DNA of 60,607 bases. Source: Candidatus Krumholzibacteriota bacterium (GTDB lineage Bacteria > Krumholzibacteriota > Krumholzibacteriia > Krumholzibacteriales > Krumholzibacteriaceae). Below, piece by piece: positions 26,227 to 35,751 of this stretch. The notes beneath the pieces are model-generated. The model was not told where the DNA came from, did not search any database, and saw only the letters and a list, made by a program, of their open reading frames with translations. The stretch spans positions 1 to 60,607 of the forward strand of contig DAOUUU010000004.1 of assembly GCA_030667985.1 (NCBI GenBank). Direction: 5' to 3'. How positions within the stretch are numbered: position 1 is the first letter of the stretch; every line of letters starts with the position of its first letter. The translations under genes were made by a program, and so were the position numbers.

Positions 26227-27764
26227 GACTCCACCCTCTTTCCCATCTCACCCGCCGCGTGTATGTCGATGGTTTTCCTCTCGAAGAGCAGCCGCTTGAT
26301 AGGTTTGTTCAAGAGCAGGAGCAGGATGATAAGTCCCCCCCACTGCAACAGGCACGTGCCCACGCTGAAGGCCCGCAAAGGATGCCACCAGTAGTCTGGA
26401 TCGTAGACGAGGATCGCCTGGGTGAACCACCAACCGATCATGGCCAGAAATTCGATCGGTATCAATACCTTGATCGCGAAATTGAAAACCCTTCCCAGCT
26501 TGAAGTCGTTATCGGCCGAGTCGACCATCTCCCGCCTGAACTTTTCAACGCCGTAGCTTATGATAGTCGCGGCAAAGAGCAGTCCGCTGAGAAGGAGGCC
26601 GATGCCCCAGACCCAGTCCTGGTTCTGGAAGAAGTGCAGGTTCAGAGCCGAAGGTAGTCCAAAGAGAAAGCAGCCGGAGCCGACCAGGAAAAGGCCCTTC
26701 CGCCGGCTCATACCGAAATCCATCGTGATCCTGGTCCCCAGCTCCACCATAGCTATCAGCGATGACATGGCCGCTATCGAGAGGGCCAGGAAGAAGATGA
26801 AGAGAAAGAACCTGCCTCCAGCGATCTCCTCGAACAGCTTCGGGATCCAGATGAAGGTGAGACCCGTGCTCACGGGTCCAGTGTCGGTCACGGCCGATAT
26901 GGCCCGCTCGGCCGGGAGAATAGCGAAGACCGTCGGTATGATCGCGATCGCCGCGAGCAGGGAGGCGGAGTTGTTGCCCAGACCGGCCAGAAATGAGTTC
27001 GCGACGATGTCGTCGTCCTTGCGCATATAGACCGCGTAGGTCAGGATCAATCCCCAACCCGCTCCGGTCGACCAGGCGCTCTGCGACAATCCCTCGAGCC
27101 AGACCCGGTAGTTCAGGAGGGCGCGCCACTTGGGCTCGAACAGATAGTTGAGGCCGTCGGCCGCCCCGGGAAGCGTGACTGCGCGTACGGCCGCGATGAT
27201 GAGCAGTGTGAAGAGTGTGGGGATCAGGATCTTGTTCGCCCTCTCGATGCCGTTGACCACTCCGTGATATATGATCCAGGAGCTGAAGAGCACGGCGAAC
27301 AGATGAAAGAGAACCGGTTGCCAGAGCGATCCGGTGAATGAATTCCAGAACTCCATTGTCTGGGCGCCCCAGAGTCCTCCGCCCGCGGCTCCCACGGCAG
27401 CGAGATCGACGAGGGAGGCCAGCGTGTAGCGGAAACACCAGCCGGTCACGACACAGTAGTAAAATGTGATGGCTAGCGTGCAGATCCCGACGAATCCGCC
27501 CATCCAAGTGTGGCGAGGATTCATCGAGCCGAACGCTCCGATCGTGCCCATCCTCGTCTTCTTGCCCATTCCGAACTCGACGATGAGCAGTGGTATCGAC
27601 CAGAGAAATAGAAACAGGAACCATGGGATCAAAAAGGGCGCGCCGCCGTTCTGGGCCACCACTCTCGGAAACCGCCAGATATTTCCCGTTCCCACCGCCA
27701 TGCCGAGGGCGGCGAGCAACAAAGACCATCTACTCGTGAAGGTCTCCTTCAAGCTCCCTCCCAT
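26223..27764 (-). CDS. Sodium-dependent transporter, NSS/SNF family
   Basis: AVGTGNIWRFP, NGGAPFL, YYCVVTGW, GIERANK and GLTFI motifs. Confidence 0.95.
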   Translation of the reverse strand: MGGSLKETFTSRWSLLLAALGMAVGTGNIWRFPRVVAQNGGAPFLIPWFLFLFLWSIPLLIVEFGMGKKTRMGTIGAFGSMNPRHTWMGGFVGICTLAITFYYCVVTGWCFRYTLASLVDLAAVGAAGGGLWGAQTMEFWNSFTGSLWQPVLFHLFAVLFSSWIIYHGVVNGIERANKILIPTLFTLLIIAAVRAVTLPGAADGLNYLFEPKWRALLNYRVWLEGLSQSAWSTGAGWGLILTYAVYMRKDDDIVANSFLAGLGNNSASLLAAIAIIPTVFAILPAERAISAVTDTGPVSTGLTFIWIPKLFEEIAGGRFFLFIFFLALSIAAMSSLIAMVELGTRITMDFGMSRRKGLFLVGSGCFLFGLPSALNLHFFQNQDWVWGIGLLLSGLLFAATIISYGVEKFRREMVDSADNDFKLGRVFNFAIKVLIPIEFLAMIGWWFTQAILVYDPDYWWHPLRAFSVGTCLLQWGGLIILLLLLNKPIKRLLFERKTIDIHAAGEMGKRVES

Positions 27765-27797
27765 TTTCTATAAATTTTTCACTGTCGCGGTCGCGGG

Positions 27798-29831
27798 TCA
27801 TTTCACGACGATGATATCGAATGTATCGCCGCGTTCGATCACATCGACTATCTCCATACCGCTGGTCACCCTGCCGATCACTGTGTAGCGCCCGTTCAGG
27901 TGCTGCTGCGGTGTGTGTGTTATGAAAAATTGGCTGCCCGGTGTGTCCTTTCCGGAGTGTGCCATGCCGACGGTGCCGCGTTCGTACCTGTGGAGGTTGA
28001 ACTGGCTTCTCAAGAAGTACCCTGCGTCTCCCCAGCCGTCCCCCCTCGGGCATCCGCCCTGGATGACGAATCCGGGAACGACACGGTGAAACGTGAGATC
28101 CTTGTAGAATCCCCGCTTTGCGAGCGTGATGATGCTCTGGACCATATTGGGAGCGTCGTCGCCGTAGAGGGTGATCTCTATGTCTCCACGGCCGGTCGTT
28201 ATTCTTATCTTCCGCTCACCCATCGGCAGGGCGGGTTCGCCCCAGGGAAGGTCGCCGCGCGGCCATTGACCTGAGGGCTGAGCTTTCAGAGAGCCCTTGA
28301 ATTGCTTCGACGCCTGAACTGCGGCTTGCCCGATGCGCGGATCGGGATCCCTGCTCGCCTCATTCAGGAACTTTAGAAGAGAGGGGACCGATTCTTCTCT
28401 GACGGTCTTTCTCTCTCCGATTGCGACGATCGCGCCCAGGACAGCGAGCTTCCGTTCGCTGTCCACGCGTTCGGAGCTCCTGGGGTAGAGACGTACAAGA
28501 TCGTCTATGGTCTCTTTCTCGGCGATCTTGCCGATTGACTCCGCGGCGATCGAGGCGACGACCCAGTCATCCCCGCCGATTGCTCCGAACAGTGCGTCGA
28601 TCGGTCTGTTACCCTCCTCATTCTCCTTGTAGAGGTCCTTTTCCTTGTGCCATGTCCCGAGTGCAGTGGCGGCCCCCTCGCGGACGAGCGGATCTTCACC
28701 GCCTGTGAGCGCAGAGACGAACAGAGGCAGGTCCTGCTTGTCCCCGGCAAGGCTGAGTGCCTCGAGCGCCGTCATCCTTTCGATCGGTGTGCCGCTACGG
28801 TAGACGGCGAGCAGACGTTCCCGCGACTGGTCCTCGCCAGTCACGCCGGCGGCCCTCAGCGCGGCGAGGCGCACCATGAGAGACTTCGAATCGAGCAGCG
28901 GTAATATCGCTTCAAATGTATCGTCTTCATCGATCTTCTCGAGTCCTAGCAGGGCGATCGTCTGCATATAGGGATCGGTGGAGGAGAGGAGCTCTACAAG
29001 GGCCCGGGCACATCTCTTGTCACCGATTCTGACGAGCGCCTCGGCAGCTTTCAGGGCCACCATGCGGTCTTGCCCTCCGGTCATGACGAACAGAGGATCT
29101 ATGGCCTTTTTCGATTTCATGCGTCCCAACGCCTCCACCGCGCGCATCTTGACCGCCGTATTCTCGTTCTCGAGGAGGTCGAGGACATGGTTCTCATGGC
29201 TTTTGTCCTCACACCTACCGAGTGTATAGGCGACACCGGCCAGGACCTTGGGGTCCGGATCGAATATCGCTGTGCCGCATGCGCTCACTGCAGTAGAGTC
29301 GTCCAGTCTCGATAGGGAGACGGCGGCAGCTACTCGCAGGGCGGTGCTGAAATTGCTGAGGTATGAGATTATCGGTTCGGCCGCCTCCGGTTCTCCCGTC
29401 ATGCTGAGCGCTTCGAGAACCCCGACCTTGATATTTTTCCCCCGCTTCTTGAGCGCGTATTTCAGCGGTTCTACCGAATCCTTGCCTCCGACGAGGCCGA
29501 GCGAGAAGATCGCCGTCTTCGCTACATCCTCGTTCTGATCCTTGCTAAGCTCGGCGAGCAGCGGCACGCCGGCCTGGTCGCCTATCCGGCCCAGTACCTC
29601 GGCGCACCTGAGGCGGACGAGGGGATTCGGGTCATGAGCGTAAGGAACGAGTCTCTCGGTATTAAGCGCCCTATTCTCTTCGATACGAGCCAGCTCGGTC
29701 AGCTTTTGCTTCCCCGATCTGGTCCCCAGGAGAGTGTCATACCTGCTCGCGCAGAACGCTGTGTCGCATACTAAGAGAAGGAGCACAAGCGCTGATAGCG
29801 CAGCGGAAAGGACCCCATGGATCGATCTCAT
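27798..29831 (-). CDS. Exported HEAT-repeat protein with C-terminal cyclophilin PPIase
   Basis: Signal peptide; many VR..AA.ALG repeats; FHRVVPGFVIQGG, GSQFFI and HLNGRYT. Confidence 0.92.
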   Translation of the reverse strand: MRSIHGVLSAALSALVLLLLVCDTAFCASRYDTLLGTRSGKQKLTELARIEENRALNTERLVPYAHDPNPLVRLRCAEVLGRIGDQAGVPLLAELSKDQNEDVAKTAIFSLGLVGGKDSVEPLKYALKKRGKNIKVGVLEALSMTGEPEAAEPIISYLSNFSTALRVAAAVSLSRLDDSTAVSACGTAIFDPDPKVLAGVAYTLGRCEDKSHENHVLDLLENENTAVKMRAVEALGRMKSKKAIDPLFVMTGGQDRMVALKAAEALVRIGDKRCARALVELLSSTDPYMQTIALLGLEKIDEDDTFEAILPLLDSKSLMVRLAALRAAGVTGEDQSRERLLAVYRSGTPIERMTALEALSLAGDKQDLPLFVSALTGGEDPLVREGAATALGTWHKEKDLYKENEEGNRPIDALFGAIGGDDWVVASIAAESIGKIAEKETIDDLVRLYPRSSERVDSERKLAVLGAIVAIGERKTVREESVPSLLKFLNEASRDPDPRIGQAAVQASKQFKGSLKAQPSGQWPRGDLPWGEPALPMGERKIRITTGRGDIEITLYGDDAPNMVQSIITLAKRGFYKDLTFHRVVPGFVIQGGCPRGDGWGDAGYFLRSQFNLHRYERGTVGMAHSGKDTPGSQFFITHTPQQHLNGRYTVIGRVTSGMEIVDVIERGDTFDIIVVK

Positions 29832-29934
29832 ATATTTCCTCCTGGTTTATACAAGGTTACTTTTTCCTGCCACCATAAAGGCCGTCATGTCAAGGAGTAT
29901 TATAAATACGTGCATATTCGGTGCCGTATTACGA

Positions 29935-29963
29935 TTGAGCAATCGGAAAAACTGTGGTACAAT
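29935..29963 (+). promoter_or_regulatory. sigma70-type promoter
   Basis: TTGAGC-N17-TACAAT with an extended -10 TG. Confidence 0.55.
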
Positions 29964-30067
29964 GCGTTTCCGAAAGTTAAGATGATCAGGTTGTTACGGG
30001 TCATTTCCAAAAGCGGCTCAAGAGCACATTCCCGGTGCTGTGATCACTGATAGTGGGGTAGATTGCC

Positions 30068-32020
30068 ATGAGAAGCGTCATACGTCTTGTTATTCTCGTA
30101 TCGTCCGCCGCCCTGTTGACCATTGTCACACCTATCGAGGCGGGCTTTATAGCGGATGGTTTCGGAATCTATACGGGTCCCTTTGACCAGAAGGACGCCC
30201 GGCTTGCACAAGACGGCTCAGGGGGGGCGATCATTGTCTGGGAGGATGCTGACAGCGGTTACAGGATAGTCGCTCAGAGGATCGATTCGGCGGGGCGCCC
30301 AAAGTGGGGAGATCAGGGGATTGTCGTTTGCGATGAGACCGGAGGCCAGAACAACCCGCTCATCGTAACGGACGGCTCGGGTGGCGCGATCGTCGTGTGG
30401 AATGACGGGCGGAACGGTAATTACGATATCTACGGTCAGCGTCTCGATTCAGACGGAGTTATACAGTGGGTGAATGGTGGTGTGGGCATCGTCACAAAAA
30501 CCGGCGACCAGTATCTGGAGGGGATCATCCCCGAGGGTGGCGGGGCGATCGTCCTCTGGACCGACTGGGGTGACGGATTATCAGATATCAAGGTGGAGAT
30601 TCAGCGCATCGACGCTGGAGGGCTGCTTCTCTGGGCCGCATCCGGCGTTTCCGTCTCGAATGGGACCGGAGGCCAGGAGGAACCCTGCATCGCATCCTGT
30701 TCATCAGGCGGTGCGATCGTGGCGTGGCAGGACGGCCGCGGCGGTTTTGATATATATGCCCAGTCGATATCCTCCGCTGGAGCGGCCCTCTGGGATGCGG
30801 GCGGAGTCGTCGTCTGCGCGGAGATTGAGGCCCAGTATGATCCTGTTATCATCCCTGACGATGCGGGAGGTGTGATTGTCGCGTGGACCGATTACCGAAA
30901 TGGAAATTTCCGCTGCGATATCTACGCTCAGCGTCTGGATGGTTCGGGTGCGGGTTTATGGCCGGCCGGCGGAGTGGCCGTCTGTATAGCCCCGGAGAAT
31001 CAGTGGTGTGAGGCGATGATCGGAGACGGATCAGGAGGTGCTATCATCGCCTGGGGAGATTTCCAGTCGAGCGGAGAAGATGTCTATGCCCAGCGGATCG
31101 ACATGGACGGCGCGGAACTCTGGTCCTACAACGGAGTAGCCGTTTGTGCCGCGTCCGGGAGCCAGTGGTATATAAGGACCGTTTCGGATGGAGCGGGCGG
31201 GGCGATCGTGAGCTGGGTCGACTGGCGGTCGGGTGTCGCGATGGACTACGATATCTATGCACAGAGGGTAGACGCCTCGGGCATGATGCGATGGGCGCCT
31301 GACGGCTCCGGTATCTGCATGGCGGACGATGACCAGAGCGACGCCGAACCTATCAGCGACGGAGCGGGTGGGGTGTTCGTGGTGTGGAAAGACAGGCGGA
31401 ACGGAGACTATGACATATACGCGTCACGTATCAATACGGACGGTGATCCGGTAGCGACCCTTCTGGCCGCCTGCTCGATAGATCTCGAAGGGATATATCC
31501 CAGGCTGACCTGGGCCCTGATAGAGGAGCCGGGGGAGAGGGTGTTCTTCGTGTTTCGGAGCACGGACGGGGGCGTGTCGTTCGATGAGATCCGCGATGCG
31601 GCCGTTACGGTGAAGGGCCGCACCTGCATTTTCGTCGACACGGATTGCGTTCCCGGCACCGAATGTATCTACCGGGTCGAGATGTTCGATGAGGGTGAGC
31701 GCACGCTCCTCCTGGAGGCCGGACCGATACATGTGCCGGATCTCAGGCTCGTTCTCCGTCAAAATCATCCGAATCCTTTCAATCCATCGACGACGATAGA
31801 GTATATCCTCCCCTCTGAATGCAGGGTCTTGCTTGCCGTCTACGATCCGGCCGGGAGGCTTGTCGCCCGTCTCGTCGACACGGAGCAGCAGGCCGGCCCT
31901 CACACAGTCGTCTGGAACGGGCGCGGCATCAGCGGCAGCGATATCCCTTCCGGCGTCTATTTCTACCGTCTGCAGGCGGGAAAGCTCAACGAGACCCGCA
32001 AGATGCTCCTTTTGCGGTAG
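30068..32020 (+). CDS. Secreted repeat (beta-propeller-like) protein with FlgD-Ig/T9SS type A-like C-terminal domain
   Basis: Eight DGxGGAIxxWxD...DIYAQR repeats; C-terminal QNHPNPFNP...SGVYFYRL...KMLLLR. Confidence 0.85.
   Translation: MRSVIRLVILVSSAALLTIVTPIEAGFIADGFGIYTGPFDQKDARLAQDGSGGAIIVWEDADSGYRIVAQRIDSAGRPKWGDQGIVVCDETGGQNNPLIVTDGSGGAIVVWNDGRNGNYDIYGQRLDSDGVIQWVNGGVGIVTKTGDQYLEGIIPEGGGAIVLWTDWGDGLSDIKVEIQRIDAGGLLLWAASGVSVSNGTGGQEEPCIASCSSGGAIVAWQDGRGGFDIYAQSISSAGAALWDAGGVVVCAEIEAQYDPVIIPDDAGGVIVAWTDYRNGNFRCDIYAQRLDGSGAGLWPAGGVAVCIAPENQWCEAMIGDGSGGAIIAWGDFQSSGEDVYAQRIDMDGAELWSYNGVAVCAASGSQWYIRTVSDGAGGAIVSWVDWRSGVAMDYDIYAQRVDASGMMRWAPDGSGICMADDDQSDAEPISDGAGGVFVVWKDRRNGDYDIYASRINTDGDPVATLLAACSIDLEGIYPRLTWALIEEPGERVFFVFRSTDGGVSFDEIRDAAVTVKGRTCIFVDTDCVPGTECIYRVEMFDEGERTLLLEAGPIHVPDLRLVLRQNHPNPFNPSTTIEYILPSECRVLLAVYDPAGRLVARLVDTEQQAGPHTVVWNGRGISGSDIPSGVYFYRLQAGKLNETRKMLLLR
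30209..31445 (+). repeat. Eight intragenic repeats of about 58 aa
   Basis: Recurrent GGAIIVWED, GGAIVVWND, GGAIVLWTD, GGAIVAWQD, GGVIVAWTD, GGAIIAWGD, GGAIVSWVD and GGVFVVWKD; boundaries approximate. Confidence 0.85.
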
Positions 32021-32141
32021 GAGCCGGTTCCCAGCCGCCCTCTTCTGCTTTGACTGATAGATCGATTCCATATTACAATCTATTCGGGCGCCGTTTTTTG
32101 ATGGCGCTGTTGATTCTCGTGAAATATTTCCCGCGTGCCGA

Positions 32142-32912
32142 GTGAAGGATCTCATGGCTATTCCAGGTATTCAATTCGTCGAGGGCGATACATATCTATA
32201 CCGCCGTCATCCGATGGCGAAGCTCATCGTATTCCTGATGCTGATCGCCGGCCTGCTCCTCTTCCGAAACCGTGCCGTGCCGGCCGTGGCCTGTGTGCTC
32301 CTTTTCGTCTCTTACCTGGGCGCCGGGTTGGGGATGGGAAGATACCTCAAAGTTGCGGGAAGATTTCTGTTCTTTGCCCTTCTGATCGTTGTTGCGCATC
32401 TGGTCCTTCTCCGGCAGAGCGGATCGGTGCCGGAGCGTCTGATGTCGGGATTTGTGCAGGCCGTTCGGATATTCGATCTGCTCGTTCTTGCGGGGCTCTT
32501 TACCGCCGTGACCGATCCTGTCGATCTGACCGATGCCCTGATCCGGGGGATGAGGCCGTTGGAGAGGGCGGGCGTGCGTACAGGGGAACTCTCCCTGATG
32601 CTCATGATCGTTTTCAGCTTTCTGCCTCTGATGGGAGAGGAGGTCGAGCGTCTCGCCATCGCCCAGGGCGCCAGATGCGGATTCGGAAGGGGTCCCGTGC
32701 TGCGGATACGCAATTCGGTTCCGCTTCTCGGGGCGCTTGTCGTCGGAATCATGCGAAGGTCCGAAGAGTTGGAGTTATCCCTTGCGGCGAGGCGGTACGA
32801 TACAACGAGTGCGCGCCGCACGGACGGAGGGTTGCGGATGGCCGGCGGCGATTACGTGTTCAGCGCGATCGCAGTAGCACTGTTCGCGGTGGGGGTCTAT
32901 GCGAAACTTTAA
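32142..32912 (+). CDS. ecfT: Energy-coupling factor transmembrane component T (CbiQ/EcfT)
   Basis: LYRRHPMAKL N-terminus, FLPLMGEE, and two X-R-X motifs (AQGARCG, LAARRY). Confidence 0.85.
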   Translation: MKDLMAIPGIQFVEGDTYLYRRHPMAKLIVFLMLIAGLLLFRNRAVPAVACVLLFVSYLGAGLGMGRYLKVAGRFLFFALLIVVAHLVLLRQSGSVPERLMSGFVQAVRIFDLLVLAGLFTAVTDPVDLTDALIRGMRPLERAGVRTGELSLMLMIVFSFLPLMGEEVERLAIAQGARCGFGRGPVLRIRNSVPLLGALVVGIMRRSEELELSLAARRYDTTSARRTDGGLRMAGGDYVFSAIAVALFAVGVYAKL

Positions 32913-33621
32913 GATGACGATCGAATATGACGGCACCGATTTCTCCGGCTGGCAGATACAGCCGAACAGAAGAACGGTGCAGGGCGAGCTTTACAGTGCC
33001 CTGGAGAGACTCGGCGGCGAGGAGACTCTCGTCACGGGGGCAGGCAGGACAGATGCCGGAGTGCATGCCACCGGCCAGGTCGCCAATGTGAGGATCGATA
33101 CCAGGCTCTCGGCCGGAGAGTTGACGAAAGCGGTCAATGCATCGCTCCCCGGCGATGTACTGATCAAAGGAGCCCTGGAGGTCCCGCTCTCTTTCAGCGC
33201 GCGCTTCCACGCCAGGAGCAGGAGCTATCGCTATATATTCATCCGGCGCCGTTCGGCCGTGTGGAGAAAATACTTCTATCTTTACGACGGGCCCCTCGAT
33301 ATCGCCTCGATGCAGAGGGAGGCCGCAAGCCTCGCCGGAGAGAGGAATTTCAGCTCGTTCTGTTCTTCTGCGGATATGAGTAAGTTCAAGAGGTGCAGGG
33401 TGATAGATGTCGGTGTAATCGATACGCCGCCTCTCTTGACCTTTCACATCACGGCCGATCACTTTCTCCATAATATGGTTCGGGCCCTGGCCGGGACACT
33501 CCTCGAGATCGGGAAGAACAAGCCGTTAAATCTCAAAGAGATAGTGGAAGCCGGCGACCGGACCGCGGCGGGCCCCACGCTGCCGCCTCACGGCCTCTAT
33601 CTGGTCGAGGTCCGTTATTGA
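32899..33621 (+). CDS. truA: tRNA pseudouridine(38-40) synthase
   Basis: YDGTDFSGWQIQ, GAGRTDAGVHA, FLHNMVR and GLYL. Confidence 0.97.
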   Translation: MRNFKMTIEYDGTDFSGWQIQPNRRTVQGELYSALERLGGEETLVTGAGRTDAGVHATGQVANVRIDTRLSAGELTKAVNASLPGDVLIKGALEVPLSFSARFHARSRSYRYIFIRRRSAVWRKYFYLYDGPLDIASMQREAASLAGERNFSSFCSSADMSKFKRCRVIDVGVIDTPPLLTFHITADHFLHNMVRALAGTLLEIGKNKPLNLKEIVEAGDRTAAGPTLPPHGLYLVEVRY

Positions 33622-33660
33622 CCGCCGGGCCGCCACTCCTTCCGATCGCGGTAAAATCGG

Positions 33661-33689
33661 TTGAGTGAGTCCGCTTCTCCATGTATAAT
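33661..33689 (+). promoter_or_regulatory. sigma70-type promoter
   Basis: TTGAGT-N17-TATAAT upstream of tal. Confidence 0.6.
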
Positions 33690-33756
33690 ACTTTTTTAGG
33701 AATTTTCGGCGGGATCATTTATCAGAAGTATAGATCTTAAGGGAGGAACCGGATAT

Positions 33757-34404
33757 ATGAAATTCTTTATCGATACAGCAAATGTGGAACAGATACGGGA
33801 AGCGGCCACCCTCGGCGTGCTCGACGGAGTAACGACGAACCCTACACTGCTTTCGAGAGAAAAGGGATTGTTCAAAGAGATCCTCAAAGAGATCTGCTCG
33901 GTAGTGCCCGGTCCGGTGAGCGCGGAGGTTGTATCGCTCGAAGCGGAAGTGATGGTGAAGGAGGGGAAAGAGCTTTGCAAGATCGCCGATAATATCATCA
34001 TAAAGGTGCCATGTATCCGGGAGGGAGTGAAGGCGATCGGGATGTTCAAGAAGGAGGGCATACAGACCAATGCGACCCTCTGTTTCTCGGCAAACCAGGG
34101 CCTTCTCGTCGCCAGGGCGGGGGCCACGTATGTCAGTCCCTTTGTGGGCCGTCTCGACGATATAGGCCATCCGGGTATGGAGATCGTCAGGGATCTGGTG
34201 ACTATCTATAACAATTACTCGATTGCGACACAGGTGATCGTATCCAGTGTGCGTCATGCTCAGCATGTCTACGAGGCGGCGATGATGGGAGCGGACGTTG
34301 TGACGATCCCCTTCAAGGTCATCGAGCAGTTGATCAAGCATCCGCTCACCGATAAGGGCATCGAGAGCTTCCTGAAAGACTGGGAGAAGGTGCAGAAGAA
34401 GTAA
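33757..34404 (+). CDS. tal: Transaldolase / fructose-6-phosphate aldolase (small type)
   Basis: [30 protein letters not shown] and HPLTD. Confidence 0.95.
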   Translation: MKFFIDTANVEQIREAATLGVLDGVTTNPTLLSREKGLFKEILKEICSVVPGPVSAEVVSLEAEVMVKEGKELCKIADNIIIKVPCIREGVKAIGMFKKEGIQTNATLCFSANQGLLVARAGATYVSPFVGRLDDIGHPGMEIVRDLVTIYNNYSIATQVIVSSVRHAQHVYEAAMMGADVVTIPFKVIEQLIKHPLTDKGIESFLKDWEKVQKK

Positions 34405-34505
34405 CGCCCCGCCCGGGACGTGTACGTCCGCGCGTTTATGGCGATACTGGCATCCCGGCCTGAACCGGGAAGATGATCACCCCCGTACTAATGGAGTGAA
34501 AGCTC

Positions 34506-35708
34506 GTGAGACCGTTTGAATCTCGCTGGGAAAGGTTTTTCCCTTACATGCTGGGAGCGATGTTCGGCCTCTCGGTCGCTCTTCTCGTGATTTCGATCAT
34601 CATGTTCATGAGGATCGGAGACCGCACGGGCGGCGGCTCTGCCATATCCGGCGGCCGTATCAGTGAGAACATCGATCGTGAGCGGAGCGGAGCAATCACG
34701 GAAGCGACGAGGATCGTCAGTCCGACAGTCGTGTCGATAACGACGCTGCGGACGGCCCTCGTTCGCCCCAACCCATTCCTGAACTACCACAGGCTATTTC
34801 AGAGATACTTTTCCAACAGACCTGTTCCAGGGGCCTACAGGGAGCGGTATTCGATATTCGGATCGGGCGTGATCGTCAGTCAGAACGGGTACATAATGAC
34901 GAATGAGCACGTAGTCCGGGACGCGGAACAGATCGTCGTGACACTCAGCGACGGCAACGAGTTGGACGCCGAGCCGGTAGGATCCTCGGTCGTGTACGAT
35001 CTGGCGCTTGTCAAGATAGACGCAAGTGGCCTTCCCTTCGCGCCGCTCGGTGAATCGGTCGATCTGGAGATCGGCGAATGGGTCATCGCAATCGGCAGCC
35101 CGTTTGGCTATCTCCTCAACGATACTCAACCGACCGTCACTGTCGGCGTAATAAGCGCCCTGAACAGGGATGTGAAATCCAACCCCGAGAGCAACGCGAT
35201 CTTCAGGAACATGATCCAGACCGACGCCGCGATAAATCCGGGCAACAGCGGAGGACCGCTCGTGGCGAGTAACGGCGAGGTCGTCGGGATTAACACATTC
35301 ATCTTCTCGGACGAAGACGGAACGACACTCGGCATGGGATTCGCGATTCCGGTCAATATCGCAAAGATGGTCATGGATGAAGTCAGGCAGTACGGCAAGG
35401 TGAGGGGAGTCTGGACCGGTCTCATAGTGGCAGAAATGAACCCTAATATGGCGGCAACTCTCGGCATCAACACGGTCAGCGGACTCCTGGTGGACCGTAT
35501 CATCGAGGGAAGCCCCGCCGCGAACGCCGACATGCAGGTCGGCGATGTCATCGTGGAAGCGAGCGGAATGGTAATCGAGAACGCGCATGATGTGTCTAGA
35601 GCGATCTACGGACTCCATGTCGGTGATATTATCGAGCTGGTCGTTCTCAGGGGCGGAGAAAGAAAGGCGATCGGCCTGGAATTGGCGGAGACGCCGAGCC
35701 GTATATAG
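34506..35708 (+). CDS. HtrA-family serine protease with one PDZ domain
   Basis: N-terminal TM, TNEHVV, YDLAL, QTDAAINPGNSGGPL and PDZ GSPA..GDVI. Confidence 0.95.
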   Translation: MRPFESRWERFFPYMLGAMFGLSVALLVISIIMFMRIGDRTGGGSAISGGRISENIDRERSGAITEATRIVSPTVVSITTLRTALVRPNPFLNYHRLFQRYFSNRPVPGAYRERYSIFGSGVIVSQNGYIMTNEHVVRDAEQIVVTLSDGNELDAEPVGSSVVYDLALVKIDASGLPFAPLGESVDLEIGEWVIAIGSPFGYLLNDTQPTVTVGVISALNRDVKSNPESNAIFRNMIQTDAAINPGNSGGPLVASNGEVVGINTFIFSDEDGTTLGMGFAIPVNIAKMVMDEVRQYGKVRGVWTGLIVAEMNPNMAATLGINTVSGLLVDRIIEGSPAANADMQVGDVIVEASGMVIENAHDVSRAIYGLHVGDIIELVVLRGGERKAIGLELAETPSRI

Positions 35709-35751
35709 ACGATTTCGTCGAACATAGTGATGCGCGAAAGGAGGTTTTATT

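Noticed and set aside
26545-27729. 394-aa alternative-frame ORF inside the NSS gene
   Set aside because: Arg/Pro/Gly-rich composition typical of off-frame translation; the NSS frame is intact.
30209-31445. Periodic DNA similarity that might suggest a CRISPR-like array
   Set aside because: The repeats are degenerate, in frame and protein-coding, with no identical direct repeats, spacers or cas genes.
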